Notes: a model not told the origin generated them from the sequence alone. 57,161 bases of DNA from Dehalococcoidia bacterium UBA2979 (GCA_002348225.1 DEAP01000008.1:1-57161), one strand, 5' to 3'. Counted from the first letter of the stretch, positions 17,651-26,430 are shown. Numbers and translations: made by a program.

Positions 17651-18523
17651 CTACGAAAGATCCACACCTAGCGCTTCCTGAGCAGCCGCAAATTCTTCAA
17701 GTGACATTCTGCGCCCCATTGCAATCCATTCCTCATCAGAAATTTTCTCTCTGGCATCCATGAGTGATATCGCATCAGTACCAACGAGATACCGTAGTTT
17801 CGGTTCAGTGGTTGTAAGTGCGGAAAGAATCACCTCAGCGACATCCTCAGGCATGGCAGGATTCTGTAATTTAGTGGCAAAATGATGGCCGATTCGATCG
17901 GCGAATTCCTTGTACGGGGAATCTTCAGGTGGAGCCTGCCGATCGTCACGCTTCGTGAAAATTGGAGTCAGCACCACGCCAGGTTCGACTAAGGCCACTC
18001 GAATACCAAAACGGAACACCTCAGCCGCTAAAACTTCAGTCATCGCGTCCAAGGCAAATTTGCTGCCTACATAGGAACCCATACTCGGAGATGCCACTCG
18101 ACCGGCAACCGAGGTCACATTCACGATCGAGCCGTGTTCACGCTCACGCATGCCTGGTAGAACCAGCTGGGTCATACGCAACGCCCCAAACACGTTGGTT
18201 TCAAATACGTCCCTCGTCACACCAAGTGGCGTTTCTTCTATCGAACCGCCACCGCCGACACCGGCATTATTGACAAGAACATCTATCTGACCCGATCTTG
18301 AAACAGCTTCGTCAATACATGCCTGTGCTGATTGTTCGTCGTTCACATCAAGAGCCAGTACATCCAATGACAATTTCTCATCGTTCGCAATCTGGTCCAG
18401 TTCCTGGCCTGCGGATGGATTTCGCATGGTAGCGAACACGTGATATCCGTTTCGCGCGAGATGCAAGGCTGTCGAGTTACCAATTCCGGTACTTGCGCCG
18501 GTCACTAAAGCTACGTCTGTCAT
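17651..18523 (-). CDS. short-chain dehydrogenase/reductase (classical SDR)
   Basis: Cofactor motif TGASTGIG, NNAG, and catalytic YVGSK (YxxxK). 290 aa. Confidence 0.9.
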   Translation of the reverse strand: MTDVALVTGASTGIGNSTALHLARNGYHVFATMRNPSAGQELDQIANDEKLSLDVLALDVNDEQSAQACIDEAVSRSGQIDVLVNNAGVGGGGSIEETPLGVTRDVFETNVFGALRMTQLVLPGMREREHGSIVNVTSVAGRVASPSMGSYVGSKFALDAMTEVLAAEVFRFGIRVALVEPGVVLTPIFTKRDDRQAPPEDSPYKEFADRIGHHFATKLQNPAMPEDVAEVILSALTTTEPKLRYLVGTDAISLMDAREKISDEEWIAMGRRMSLEEFAAAQEALGVDLS

Positions 18524-18558
18524 GTACTACTCCTGACTTGATTAAAGGCCATTGTATT

Positions 18559-19101
18559 TCAGAATGGAGACTTCAATATCCCCCACCAATATTGCACTAC
18601 ACCCACAGCCGTGTATTTGTCCAGCCATTTCCCGCCATGAAGCGCATACTCCTGAAATTCTTTAAGACCAAGTAGCACTAACAAAACTAGTAATATCTTT
18701 CCGGCACTCAATTCTATTTTGGGCAAATAGTGTCGGATAAAAGTGACAGTTATTATCCAAAACTCAAATACATTTGGGAACGCCAATAGAATCCATCGAT
18801 TGCCAACGAGTTCAAAAATAAATACCCCCACTATCCGATACACAAAGAGAAAAATCGCAATGCGACGGTAGGGCTCTTCCCACTTGAGTGACACCCAAAG
18901 AAAAGTAGCCATATAGGTCAGATCTAACCATTTATCTAATGCCTGATAGTTCCCTACACCTCCCATATCTAAAAGGTTCATTAAGAAGAGGTCTGATAGA
19001 TCAATCACGATCGCAAGTACTGATCCTGCAAACGCCCACCGAAGAATCAGCAGGGCCCCGAAAATTCGAACGATAGAGATTATTATTTCTTCAGTTGTCA
19101 T
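18559..19101 (-). CDS. hypothetical polytopic membrane protein
   Basis: The start was moved to ATG 19101 (MTTEEIIISIV...) because the track ORF N-terminus (to 19182) is a translation of tRNA-Lys. About 5 hydrophobic helices. Confidence 0.6.
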   Translation of the reverse strand: MTTEEIIISIVRIFGALLILRWAFAGSVLAIVIDLSDLFLMNLLDMGGVGNYQALDKWLDLTYMATFLWVSLKWEEPYRRIAIFLFVYRIVGVFIFELVGNRWILLAFPNVFEFWIITVTFIRHYLPKIELSAGKILLVLLVLLGLKEFQEYALHGGKWLDKYTAVGVVQYWWGILKSPF

Positions 19102-19121
19102 ATATGAAGGATAGTGAGAAT

Positions 19122-19196
19122 TGGTGGGCCCCGTGGGGGTCGAACCCACGACCTGCGGATTAAGAGTCCGTTGCTCTACCACTGAGCTAGAGGCCC
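19122..19196 (-). tRNA. tRNA-Lys (anticodon CTT), CCA encoded
   Basis: Hand-folded. Acceptor GGGCCTC/GGGGCCC. D-arm GCTC-AGTGGTA-GAGC. Anticodon loop CTCTTAA. T-arm GTGGG-TTCGACC-CCCAC. Ends in ACCA. Confidence 0.92.
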
Positions 19197-19363
19197 AGAG
19201 ACAGTCTATTACCGAGCAATCCTAAAGTCACGTTTTGGAGCTTTATGTTATTCCAAGCCTGCTATAGCTCACGAACATCAATAATACCTGTGGCTTATCA
19301 CTATTCGACTATGAGTTAGGATACAAATATTACTTAGGACCTCAATGAGCAATCGAGACGGGA

Positions 19364-20455
19364 GTGATTGAAATGGCTACTCATGCACTAAGCACACGGG
19401 TATCAGAAATGCTCGGGGCAAAATACCCTATTTTCGGCTTCACACACGAAATAGATGTCGTAGTAGAGGTCTGCCTCGCAGGTGGAATCGGTGTTTACGG
19501 AGGCACACGAAATACTCCTGAAGAAATTACTGAAGCTCTCGAAGAGATCAGTTCAAGAGTTGGAGACTTGCCGTTCGGAATCGACCTAGTGCTCCCCAAA
19601 AACATGCCTGAAAAGAATAATCGAGAAGAAATTGAAGCCGAACTCCCTAATGCTCACAGAAATTTTGTTGATCACCTATATGAGAAATACAATGTGCCAC
19701 GCGATAACCTGCCGGGGGCGCGGTCACGATTCGTCCGGTCCGAAGAGGTTGCCCGCAATCAGCTGGATGCAGTCCTACGCTCAGACGCAAAAATATTTGC
19801 AATGGGGGTCGGTTCGCCTCCGGAGATGATCGGTGCGGCCAAGGAATTTGGGAAAACCGTTCTGTCCCTCGTTGGCGCTCCACGCCACGCCGAAAAAGCT
19901 CTGGATGCAGGTGCAGATTTGATAGTGGCACAAGGTTACGACGCAGGGGCTCACACGGGTGAAATCGGAACATTCTCTCTTGTACCACAGATCGTCGATC
20001 TTGTAGCCGGAAAGGTTCCTGTACTGGCCGCTGGCGGAGTGGCGACAGGACGTCACATCGCTGCCGCATTTGCTCTTGGGGCTGAAGGCGTTTGGATGGG
20101 TACGCCTTGGCTAACTACGAAGGAACATAATACCTCACCAAAGATGTTGAACCAGCTGCTCAATGCCAGTTCAAATGACACCGTACGATCTCGATCTGAT
20201 AGCGGAAAAACTTTAAGGATGATCAAGTCCGCATGGAGCGAAGAGTGGGATACCGAAGGCAATCCAAAACCTTTGCAAATGCCATACCACGATATATTGG
20301 TCGGGGACTTACTCGGATCAATCAGTAGACATCAGGTCGAACCACTTCTACATCAGCCAGCCGGACAAGGTATTGCTTTCTTCAATGAGGTGAAGACTGT
20401 TCGCGAAACGATGGAAGCGTTTGTCGCGGAAGCGAGTGCTGTCGTGCAGCGCTAA
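19364..20455 (+). CDS. nitronate monooxygenase / 2-nitropropane dioxygenase-like FMN enzyme (FabK-like fold)
   Basis: 363 aa. Motifs GAHTGEIGTFSLVPQIVD and AAGGVATGRHIAAAFALGAEGVWMGT are typical of the NMO family. The start is either GTG 19364 or ATG 19373. Confidence 0.85.
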   Translation: MIEMATHALSTRVSEMLGAKYPIFGFTHEIDVVVEVCLAGGIGVYGGTRNTPEEITEALEEISSRVGDLPFGIDLVLPKNMPEKNNREEIEAELPNAHRNFVDHLYEKYNVPRDNLPGARSRFVRSEEVARNQLDAVLRSDAKIFAMGVGSPPEMIGAAKEFGKTVLSLVGAPRHAEKALDAGADLIVAQGYDAGAHTGEIGTFSLVPQIVDLVAGKVPVLAAGGVATGRHIAAAFALGAEGVWMGTPWLTTKEHNTSPKMLNQLLNASSNDTVRSRSDSGKTLRMIKSAWSEEWDTEGNPKPLQMPYHDILVGDLLGSISRHQVEPLLHQPAGQGIAFFNEVKTVRETMEAFVAEASAVVQR

Positions 20456-20503
20456 CGCATGCGATCGCAGGTTCGCTTTCTATACGCTAGTATTGTGGTC
20501 CGC

Positions 20504-20580
20504 GGGTGATTAGCTCAGTTGGTTAGAGCGCTTGCTCGACACGCAAGAGGTCACTGGTTCGAATCCAGTATCGCCCACCA
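20504..20580 (+). tRNA. tRNA-Val (anticodon GAC), CCA encoded, with C at position 33
   Basis: Hand-folded, 77 nt. Acceptor GGGTGAT/ATCGCCC. D-arm GCTC-AGTTGGTTA-GAGC. Anticodon stem CTTGC/GCAAG with loop TCGACAC. T-arm ACTGG-TTCGAAT-CCAGT. Ends in ACCA. Confidence 0.85.
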
Positions 20581-20618
20581 ACCTAATTATTTCCCTTGCG
20601 AGATGGGGGGACGAGCAC

Positions 20619-21137
20619 ATGACCCTCGATATCATCATATATATAGCCCAGATGCTCACCGCATTGGCAACATTAGCTGTTGCGTACGTGTTGATTTATC
20701 AACTCCGATTGCAACACGCTGAAGCTCAGAGACAATTGGTTTTGTCTATCAACGAGCAACGGCAATATCTTGCTCTGACATTGGCTGGAGATCCTGACTT
20801 ATCTTCGATTAATTCTCGTGGAGGAGCTGACTACGGCGATCTTAATCAGATGGAGCGTATACGTTTCAATAGGATATTTCAGGCGGAGATGAGTCTTAGT
20901 AACATCGCTCAAGAGTATGCTGATCTGCTTCACGTTGACCCTGACGCAGCTCTTCGGACAAACTTTGCCTTATTCCCAGGCAGGAGAAAATTCTATAAAG
21001 AAGGCCTTATTCGATTTACCCTCCCCACTCCTTTTGTGAATAAGGTCGATGAAATTATTAACGAGATAGAATCTAAAGTCGGCGAGGACGGACAAGATTT
21101 GTCTGTGCTCACCCAAGAATCAGATTCAGACAGTTGA
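20619..21137 (+). CDS. hypothetical protein with an N-terminal transmembrane helix
   Basis: The start was moved to ATG 20619 because the track ORF N-terminus overlaps tRNA-Val. 172 aa. I recognise no motif. Confidence 0.55.
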   Translation: MTLDIIIYIAQMLTALATLAVAYVLIYQLRLQHAEAQRQLVLSINEQRQYLALTLAGDPDLSSINSRGGADYGDLNQMERIRFNRIFQAEMSLSNIAQEYADLLHVDPDAALRTNFALFPGRRKFYKEGLIRFTLPTPFVNKVDEIINEIESKVGEDGQDLSVLTQESDSDS

Positions 21138-21229
21138 GTTCGATTAGTGAGAGATGCTAACCTACCTGACAAATTGAATCATGAATCAACGCTCAAGCTG
21201 GAGTTGCATCTGCTGGAAGGGATTTACTA

Positions 21230-21790
21230 GTGAATTTTTTGCGTCTGATCGATGACAAAACCACAGAAATAGGTGCACGTGTCCCCGACTTCCGTCTAGT
21301 TGATCCGTCAGATAACGTTCTTCGATTGAGCGATCTACGTGGGGCGCCGGCTGTCCTTTATTTTTATCCTGCTGATGGAACCGAAGGATGTACACAAGAA
21401 GCATGCGAATTCCGTGACGTTTATCAGGACTTTAAGGAACTCGATTGCGCGGTTTACGGCGTAAGTCCGGATAGTAGAGAATCACATGAAAGTATGATTA
21501 ACGACAATCAATTGCCCTTTGAGCTGTGTGTTGATCCTGACGAAATGATGATGAGTGAATACGGAGTCATGGGAGAGTTCGAGTGTGATGATTCTGAGGG
21601 ACAATTCTGGCGAGGTCGTGGCAGAAGCGTCGATGAAGAAAATCACGTAATAATTCCTGTGCGAGCAACCTTTTTAATTGATAAAGACGGGCTATTGGTG
21701 TACAAATGGCTCCCCGTTGACTATCGGGGTCATGCTTCCAGCGTAAGAGATCAACTACAGAAATCGTTTAAGTTCGATATCGCGTTCTAG
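21230..21790 (+). CDS. Bcp-type peroxiredoxin (thioredoxin fold), with an internal insertion
   Basis: VLYFYPADGTEGCTQEACEFRD matches the Bcp FYPKD.TPGCT.EAC.FRD motif (CxxxxC). At 186 aa it is longer than I recall for Bcp (about 155 aa). Confidence 0.8.
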   Translation: MNFLRLIDDKTTEIGARVPDFRLVDPSDNVLRLSDLRGAPAVLYFYPADGTEGCTQEACEFRDVYQDFKELDCAVYGVSPDSRESHESMINDNQLPFELCVDPDEMMMSEYGVMGEFECDDSEGQFWRGRGRSVDEENHVIIPVRATFLIDKDGLLVYKWLPVDYRGHASSVRDQLQKSFKFDIAF

Positions 21791-21908
21791 CGAATTAGTC
21801 ACACTAGTAACCTGTCGTATAAAACCCACTGAACTGGACCGTTTGGAACAGCTGCTGTTTAGGTGTGACTCACTTACAATTGCTTAGGCGGGATTGAGGA
21901 CAACAGGT

Positions 21909-22478
21909 ATGGTGACCTTCCCACAAGCCGTGGCTCTCGGATTCCGAAGATATTTTGATTTCAAGGGTCGTTCAACGCGAGCAGAATTTTGGTGGTGGCA
22001 ACTATTCGGAATTCTCGTATCTATATTCCTTGCAATAGTTGATGTCATCTCCTTTGGTACCGAGAGTTCCGGTCCGCTCCAAAGCCTTTTCGGTCTTGCC
22101 ACCTTTATACCCGGGCTTGCTCTTTATGTACGACGACTGCATGACATTGGAAAAACAGGATGGTGGGCACTCTGGTTTTTTCTGATATCTATATTCGCGG
22201 TAGCGTTGATCACCGTGGGTATCGTGTTCCTTTTCACCGAATTCAATCTCCATGTATTGATCGGAACTCTCATACTCGTGTCAGGCATGATCGTGTTTCT
22301 GTCGGCTTTGGTGGTAGGCATCATCTGGGCTGTTCGTAAAGGTGACGGGGGTGAAAACCGGTTCGGACCTCCGTCACCTCATGCCAACGGGACTTCGTAT
22401 GCTAATGATCGCCAAGATACGAAACGTGATGATGGCGGGGAACGACGGACCGGCTATAGCCGCCGGAGACAAGAGTAA
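21909..22478 (+). CDS. DUF805-family inner membrane protein
   Basis: FRRYFDFKGRSTRAEFWWWQLF is the DUF805 signature. ATG 21909, with GAGGA 8 nt upstream, is preferred over TTG 21894. The C-terminal tail is rich in Arg, Asp and Gly. Confidence 0.8.
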   Translation: MVTFPQAVALGFRRYFDFKGRSTRAEFWWWQLFGILVSIFLAIVDVISFGTESSGPLQSLFGLATFIPGLALYVRRLHDIGKTGWWALWFFLISIFAVALITVGIVFLFTEFNLHVLIGTLILVSGMIVFLSALVVGIIWAVRKGDGGENRFGPPSPHANGTSYANDRQDTKRDDGGERRTGYSRRRQE

Positions 22479-22529
22479 TTAGTATCGAGCCAGATGAAAA
22501 ATTCTTTCGATTGATTTTTGGGAAATACA

Positions 22530-24281
22530 ATGACTAACGACGCTTCTGGATTCTCTCAACTAAATGAGGAGGAACAGTTATTTAGAATGAGGCATTCGGC
22601 GGCTCATATTTTGGCCGAAGCAATGCTCGAAAAATTTCCTGATGCGAAATATGCCATCGGGCCACCAGTCGATGACGGCTTCTACTACGATTTCGAACTC
22701 CCACGGTCTCTAACGCCAGACGATCTCGTTGAGCTTCAGAAGAGAATGACTCAGTCTGTTCGCGCCAATCTTCCCATACACGGTGAACAAATTGATAAAG
22801 ATGCTGCCCGTGAGATCTTTAGCGATCAACCATACAAACTTGAACTCATCGACGAAATAGAGGACTCGACTGTGGGACATTTTTCTCACGGTGAATTCGA
22901 GGATCTCTGTCGTGGAGGCCACACTGAGACAACCGGGCAGGTCGGTGCGTTCAAGCTAGATCGGATAGCCGGGGCTTACTGGCGAGGTGATGAGAATAAT
23001 ACGATGCTGCAGAGAGTGTACGGCTTATTATTCTCTACTGAAGAGGAATTAGCCGAATACGAGGAACTCAGGGAACAGGCTCGTCTGAATGACCACAGAC
23101 GCCTCGGTAGAGAACTCGATCTCTTCTCTACTCAGGAAGATTACGGGCCGGGTCTCATTTATTGGCACCCTAAAGGGGCGAGACTTCGAGTCGAAATCGA
23201 AGACACATGGAAGCAAGCTCATGATGAAGGCGGATATGACTTGGTATTCACTCCGCATATCGGGAGATCCACTTTGTGGGAGACCAGTGGCCACCTTGAC
23301 TTCTTCACAGAGGGTATGTTCTCAGCAATGGATGTTGACGGTGATGACTACTATCTAAAACCGATGAACTGCCCGTTCCATATACAGATATTTAAGAATG
23401 ATCTGCGCTCATATCGGGAATTGCCTATGAGGCTCGCAGAGCTTGGCACCGTCTACAGATATGAACGATCGGGTGTTTTGCATGGGATGCTGCGGGTACG
23501 GGGATTTACTCAGGATGATGCCCATATTATATGTACCCCAGAGCAATTAGACAGTGAAGTGGATGGAGTAGTCCGATTCGTTCTCGACCTCTTAGGGCTC
23601 TTCAACTTCGAGAACATCTCTGCGACACTCTCGACTAGGCCAGAGAAGGCAGTAGGCGATTCATCCCAATGGGATCGGGCTGAGCGAGCCCTAAGAGAAG
23701 CAATTGAACGCGCAGATCTTGCATATGATGTCGAAGACGGTGGTGGGGCATTTTATGGACCAAAAATAGACTTTCATTTGACCGATGCCCTCGGACGTAG
23801 ATGGCAATGTTCAACCGTTCAGTTCGACTTCAATTTGCCCGAAAGATTTGATATGTCATACGTTGGTGATGATGGCGAGCCGCATAGACCGTTCATGGTA
23901 CATCGTGCCCTGTTCGGTTCGATCGAGCGCTTCGTCGGTATTCTGATCGAGCATTATGGCGGAGCCTTCCCGATGTGGTTGGCCCCTGTTCAAGTTGCAA
24001 TCATCCCTATCGCTGATCGACATCTCGAGCATGCAAACCGTATAGGCACTGAACTAAAGGCTCAAGGTATTCGTTTCAATGTTGATGCCGCGAAGGAGAG
24101 AATGGGAAACAAGATAAGGCGTGCCCAGTTACAAAAAATACCGTACATGTTGGTCGTTGGTGATCGCGAGGCTGAAGCTGATGCTGCAGCAGTAAGAACT
24201 CGGACCGGTGACGATCTCGGCGAAATCCCTGTCAGAGAATTAGTAGACAAATTCCTAGCCGAAATACAATCTCGCAGTTAA
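22530..24281 (+). CDS. thrS: threonine--tRNA ligase, short form without an N-terminal TGS domain
   Basis: The editing-domain motif HSAAHILAEA lies about 25 residues from the N-terminus. Class II core motifs are present (YRYERSG, FTQDDAHI, GGGAFYGPKIDF), as is the C-terminal anticodon-binding domain. The start is ATG 22530 or TTG 22518. Confidence 0.93.
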   Translation: MTNDASGFSQLNEEEQLFRMRHSAAHILAEAMLEKFPDAKYAIGPPVDDGFYYDFELPRSLTPDDLVELQKRMTQSVRANLPIHGEQIDKDAAREIFSDQPYKLELIDEIEDSTVGHFSHGEFEDLCRGGHTETTGQVGAFKLDRIAGAYWRGDENNTMLQRVYGLLFSTEEELAEYEELREQARLNDHRRLGRELDLFSTQEDYGPGLIYWHPKGARLRVEIEDTWKQAHDEGGYDLVFTPHIGRSTLWETSGHLDFFTEGMFSAMDVDGDDYYLKPMNCPFHIQIFKNDLRSYRELPMRLAELGTVYRYERSGVLHGMLRVRGFTQDDAHIICTPEQLDSEVDGVVRFVLDLLGLFNFENISATLSTRPEKAVGDSSQWDRAERALREAIERADLAYDVEDGGGAFYGPKIDFHLTDALGRRWQCSTVQFDFNLPERFDMSYVGDDGEPHRPFMVHRALFGSIERFVGILIEHYGGAFPMWLAPVQVAIIPIADRHLEHANRIGTELKAQGIRFNVDAAKERMGNKIRRAQLQKIPYMLVVGDREAEADAAAVRTRTGDDLGEIPVRELVDKFLAEIQSRS

Positions 24282-24331
24282 CTTTAAAATATTTGAGGCA
24301 GCTTAGACTAGATTCGTATACGCTCATTGGA

Positions 24332-25882
24332 ATGTTCAAACGAATACTCGTGGCAAATCGTGGTGAAATAGCTTTGCGGGTTCAAAGAACCTGTAGAGAA
24401 CTTGGTATTGAAACCGTAGCAGTATACTCCGAACCGGATCGCAGCCTGATGCATGTGCGTGAGGCTGACTATTCGGTATGCATCGGTGATGGCCCTGCGA
24501 CTGACTCTTATCTGAGTATCCCCAAAATTATTGACGCGGCGAAAGAAACCGGTGCTGACGCGATCCATCCAGGATATGGATTCTTATCTGAGAACGCTGA
24601 ATTCGTCGAGGCATGCGACTCTGCCGGAATCAAATTCATTGGCCCTACGGCCGATTCCATGAGAAATCTTGGAGATAAAGTGTCTGCTCGACAGATAATG
24701 GAACAAGCTGGAGTGCCAATTGTCCCAGGTGCTAATGATATTGATCCAGATGATTTTACATCTGCTGAGCGAGAAGCGGCACGAGTGGGATTCCCACTGC
24801 TCGTAAAGGCATCCGCTGGTGGTGGTGGCCGCGGAATCAGACTGGTGGAAACACCAGACCAGCTCGAAGATTCGATGCGACTAGCGTCTTCCGAGGCTTC
24901 CAGTTCATTTGGCAACGCCACAATATTTTTAGAACGATTTGTATCCCCTGCCCGCCATATTGAAGTGCAAATAATTGCTGATTCACACGGTAACGTCTCC
25001 GCTTTTGGTGAGAGGGAATGTTCGGTACAAAGACGAAATCAAAAAGTCCTCGAAGAGGCCCCCTCAATAGCAGTCACGCCTGAAATTCGCCAGAGGTTAT
25101 GTGATGCTGCCATCTCAGCCGCTAAAGGAAGTGGCTATCAGAATGCAGGAACAGTTGAGTTCCTCATGGATTCACAGGGTGAGTTTTATTTCTTAGAAGT
25201 AAATGCACGACTGCAGGTTGAGCATCCAGTTACAGAGCTTATCTTCGGCGGGGTTGATCTTGTAGCCCTTCAGATAGCAGTCGCCGGCGGAGCGTCGGTT
25301 ACAGATGGCCTGATCGACAGCGGACCAATCGGCTGGGCAATAGAGTGCAGAATCAATGGAGAAGACCCTTACGAAAATTTTCGCCCGTCGCTTGGTTTAA
25401 TAGATCATGTTGAATACCCTGTTGGACCAGGAGTACGCTTCGATTCAATGCTCTTTTCGGGCTTAGATGTGCCGATCTTCTATGACTCACTCTTAGGTAA
25501 ATTAATAGTGTGGGCCGAGACTCGTGAGCTGGCGATAGAACGAATGAAACGGGCCTTAAGAGAGTTACTGATATCTGGCCCGCAAACAAATATCCCGTTT
25601 CATCTAGCACTCATGGACAATGAAGATTTCAGATCTGGAAATATCCATACGAATTGGCTGGAACAAAGTTTCGTAATGCCTGAAAACACCCTGAGTGAAA
25701 GCGAACTACACATGGCGTTGGCAGCAGCAGCCATATCTTCCTCACTGACAACAAATACCGGTTCGGGTACGCAAACACAAAGTAAAAAAGCCTCCAAATG
25801 GACATCCGCTGGCCGCGGCAACTCCATGGAAGGGCTACCAATTTCGACTGGAGAGTCCGGATGGCTTCGAGGTACCCGCTAA
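24332..25882 (+). CDS. accC: biotin carboxylase subunit of an acyl-CoA (acetyl/propionyl-CoA) carboxylase, about 516 aa
   Basis: MFKRILVANRGEIALRVQRTCRELGI is a typical biotin carboxylase N-terminus. An ATP-grasp region follows (KASAGGGGRGIR, EVNARLQVEHPVTE). Confidence 0.9.
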   Translation: MFKRILVANRGEIALRVQRTCRELGIETVAVYSEPDRSLMHVREADYSVCIGDGPATDSYLSIPKIIDAAKETGADAIHPGYGFLSENAEFVEACDSAGIKFIGPTADSMRNLGDKVSARQIMEQAGVPIVPGANDIDPDDFTSAEREAARVGFPLLVKASAGGGGRGIRLVETPDQLEDSMRLASSEASSSFGNATIFLERFVSPARHIEVQIIADSHGNVSAFGERECSVQRRNQKVLEEAPSIAVTPEIRQRLCDAAISAAKGSGYQNAGTVEFLMDSQGEFYFLEVNARLQVEHPVTELIFGGVDLVALQIAVAGGASVTDGLIDSGPIGWAIECRINGEDPYENFRPSLGLIDHVEYPVGPGVRFDSMLFSGLDVPIFYDSLLGKLIVWAETRELAIERMKRALRELLISGPQTNIPFHLALMDNEDFRSGNIHTNWLEQSFVMPENTLSESELHMALAAAAISSSLTTNTGSGTQTQSKKASKWTSAGRGNSMEGLPISTGESGWLRGTR

Positions 25883-26373
25883 CAATTGACGGAGTAAATT
25901 ACTCGGTAGAAATCGATCAGCTCGATACGGGTTTCGCTGTCTCCATCGATGGAGGTGATGCCTTTTTGGTCGATGTTGCGTTATCCGGTATCCCAGGGCT
26001 GATGTCTTTAATCGAATCTGACGGGAACTGGCAGGGATATGTGGTGTCCACATCGGATGGTTGGCGAATTACTGCCAATAATAGAACTCTGAGTGTTCAG
26101 AATAGTCAGGCGGCACGAAAACAACGAGGAAACTCAGTAACGGAAGATCCTCCTGGTAAAGTATCTGCCCCACTGGCAGGGGTTCTGACCGAAATTCGTG
26201 TGACGGTGGGCGACATCGTGGCCGAAGGCCAAACCGTCGCTGTAATTGAAGCGATGAAGATGCAAAACGAAATCAAAGTGCCATCTGCGGGCAAAATCAC
26301 CGTCATCCACGTGGAGGCTGGTGGCCGAGCCGAGAAATCTGATCTCATAGTTGAATATGAAGTGTCAGATTAA
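25861..26373 (+). CDS. accB: biotin carboxyl carrier protein (biotinyl/lipoyl domain)
   Basis: Biotinylation motif IEAMKMQNEI near the C-terminus. ATG 25861 is preceded by GGAGAG 5 nt upstream. It overlaps the end of accC by 22 nt in another frame. Confidence 0.8.
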   Translation: MASRYPLTIDGVNYSVEIDQLDTGFAVSIDGGDAFLVDVALSGIPGLMSLIESDGNWQGYVVSTSDGWRITANNRTLSVQNSQAARKQRGNSVTEDPPGKVSAPLAGVLTEIRVTVGDIVAEGQTVAVIEAMKMQNEIKVPSAGKITVIHVEAGGRAEKSDLIVEYEVSD

Positions 26374-26430
26374 AATCCTCGCTTAAATCAAAGCCCGATG
26401 CTAGACTATCTTCCTGTCATATATTGAAGT

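Noticed and set aside
18559-19182. N-terminal extensions of track ORFs that run through tRNA genes: 18559-19182 over tRNA-Lys, 20519-20722 and 20532-21137 over tRNA-Val, and 2382-2567 over tRNA-Leu.
   Set aside because: The extensions translate the tRNA sequence itself (for example LNPQVVGSTPTG from the T-arm). The CDS starts were moved to the first ATG downstream of the tRNA, or the ORF was discarded.
19122-20580. The segment bracketed by tRNA-Lys and tRNA-Val as a small genomic island.
   Set aside because: It contains only one ordinary FMN oxidoreductase gene. It has no integrase, no direct repeat of a tRNA 3' end that I could find, and no obvious compositional change.
21797-21880. The inverted repeat AGTCACAC ... 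GTGTGACT after the Bcp-like gene, as a terminator or RNA element.
   Set aside because: The arms are only 8 nt long and are separated by a loop of roughly 55-60 nt with no U-tract. It is too weak to call.
24293-26373. accC and accB as a frameshifted pseudogene of a fused carboxylase alpha subunit.
   Set aside because: accB has its own GGAGAG SD 5 nt before an ATG, and the subunit sizes match the known three-subunit (AccC/AccB/PccB) enzymes. I kept this as a finding to be verified rather than calling it a pseudogene.
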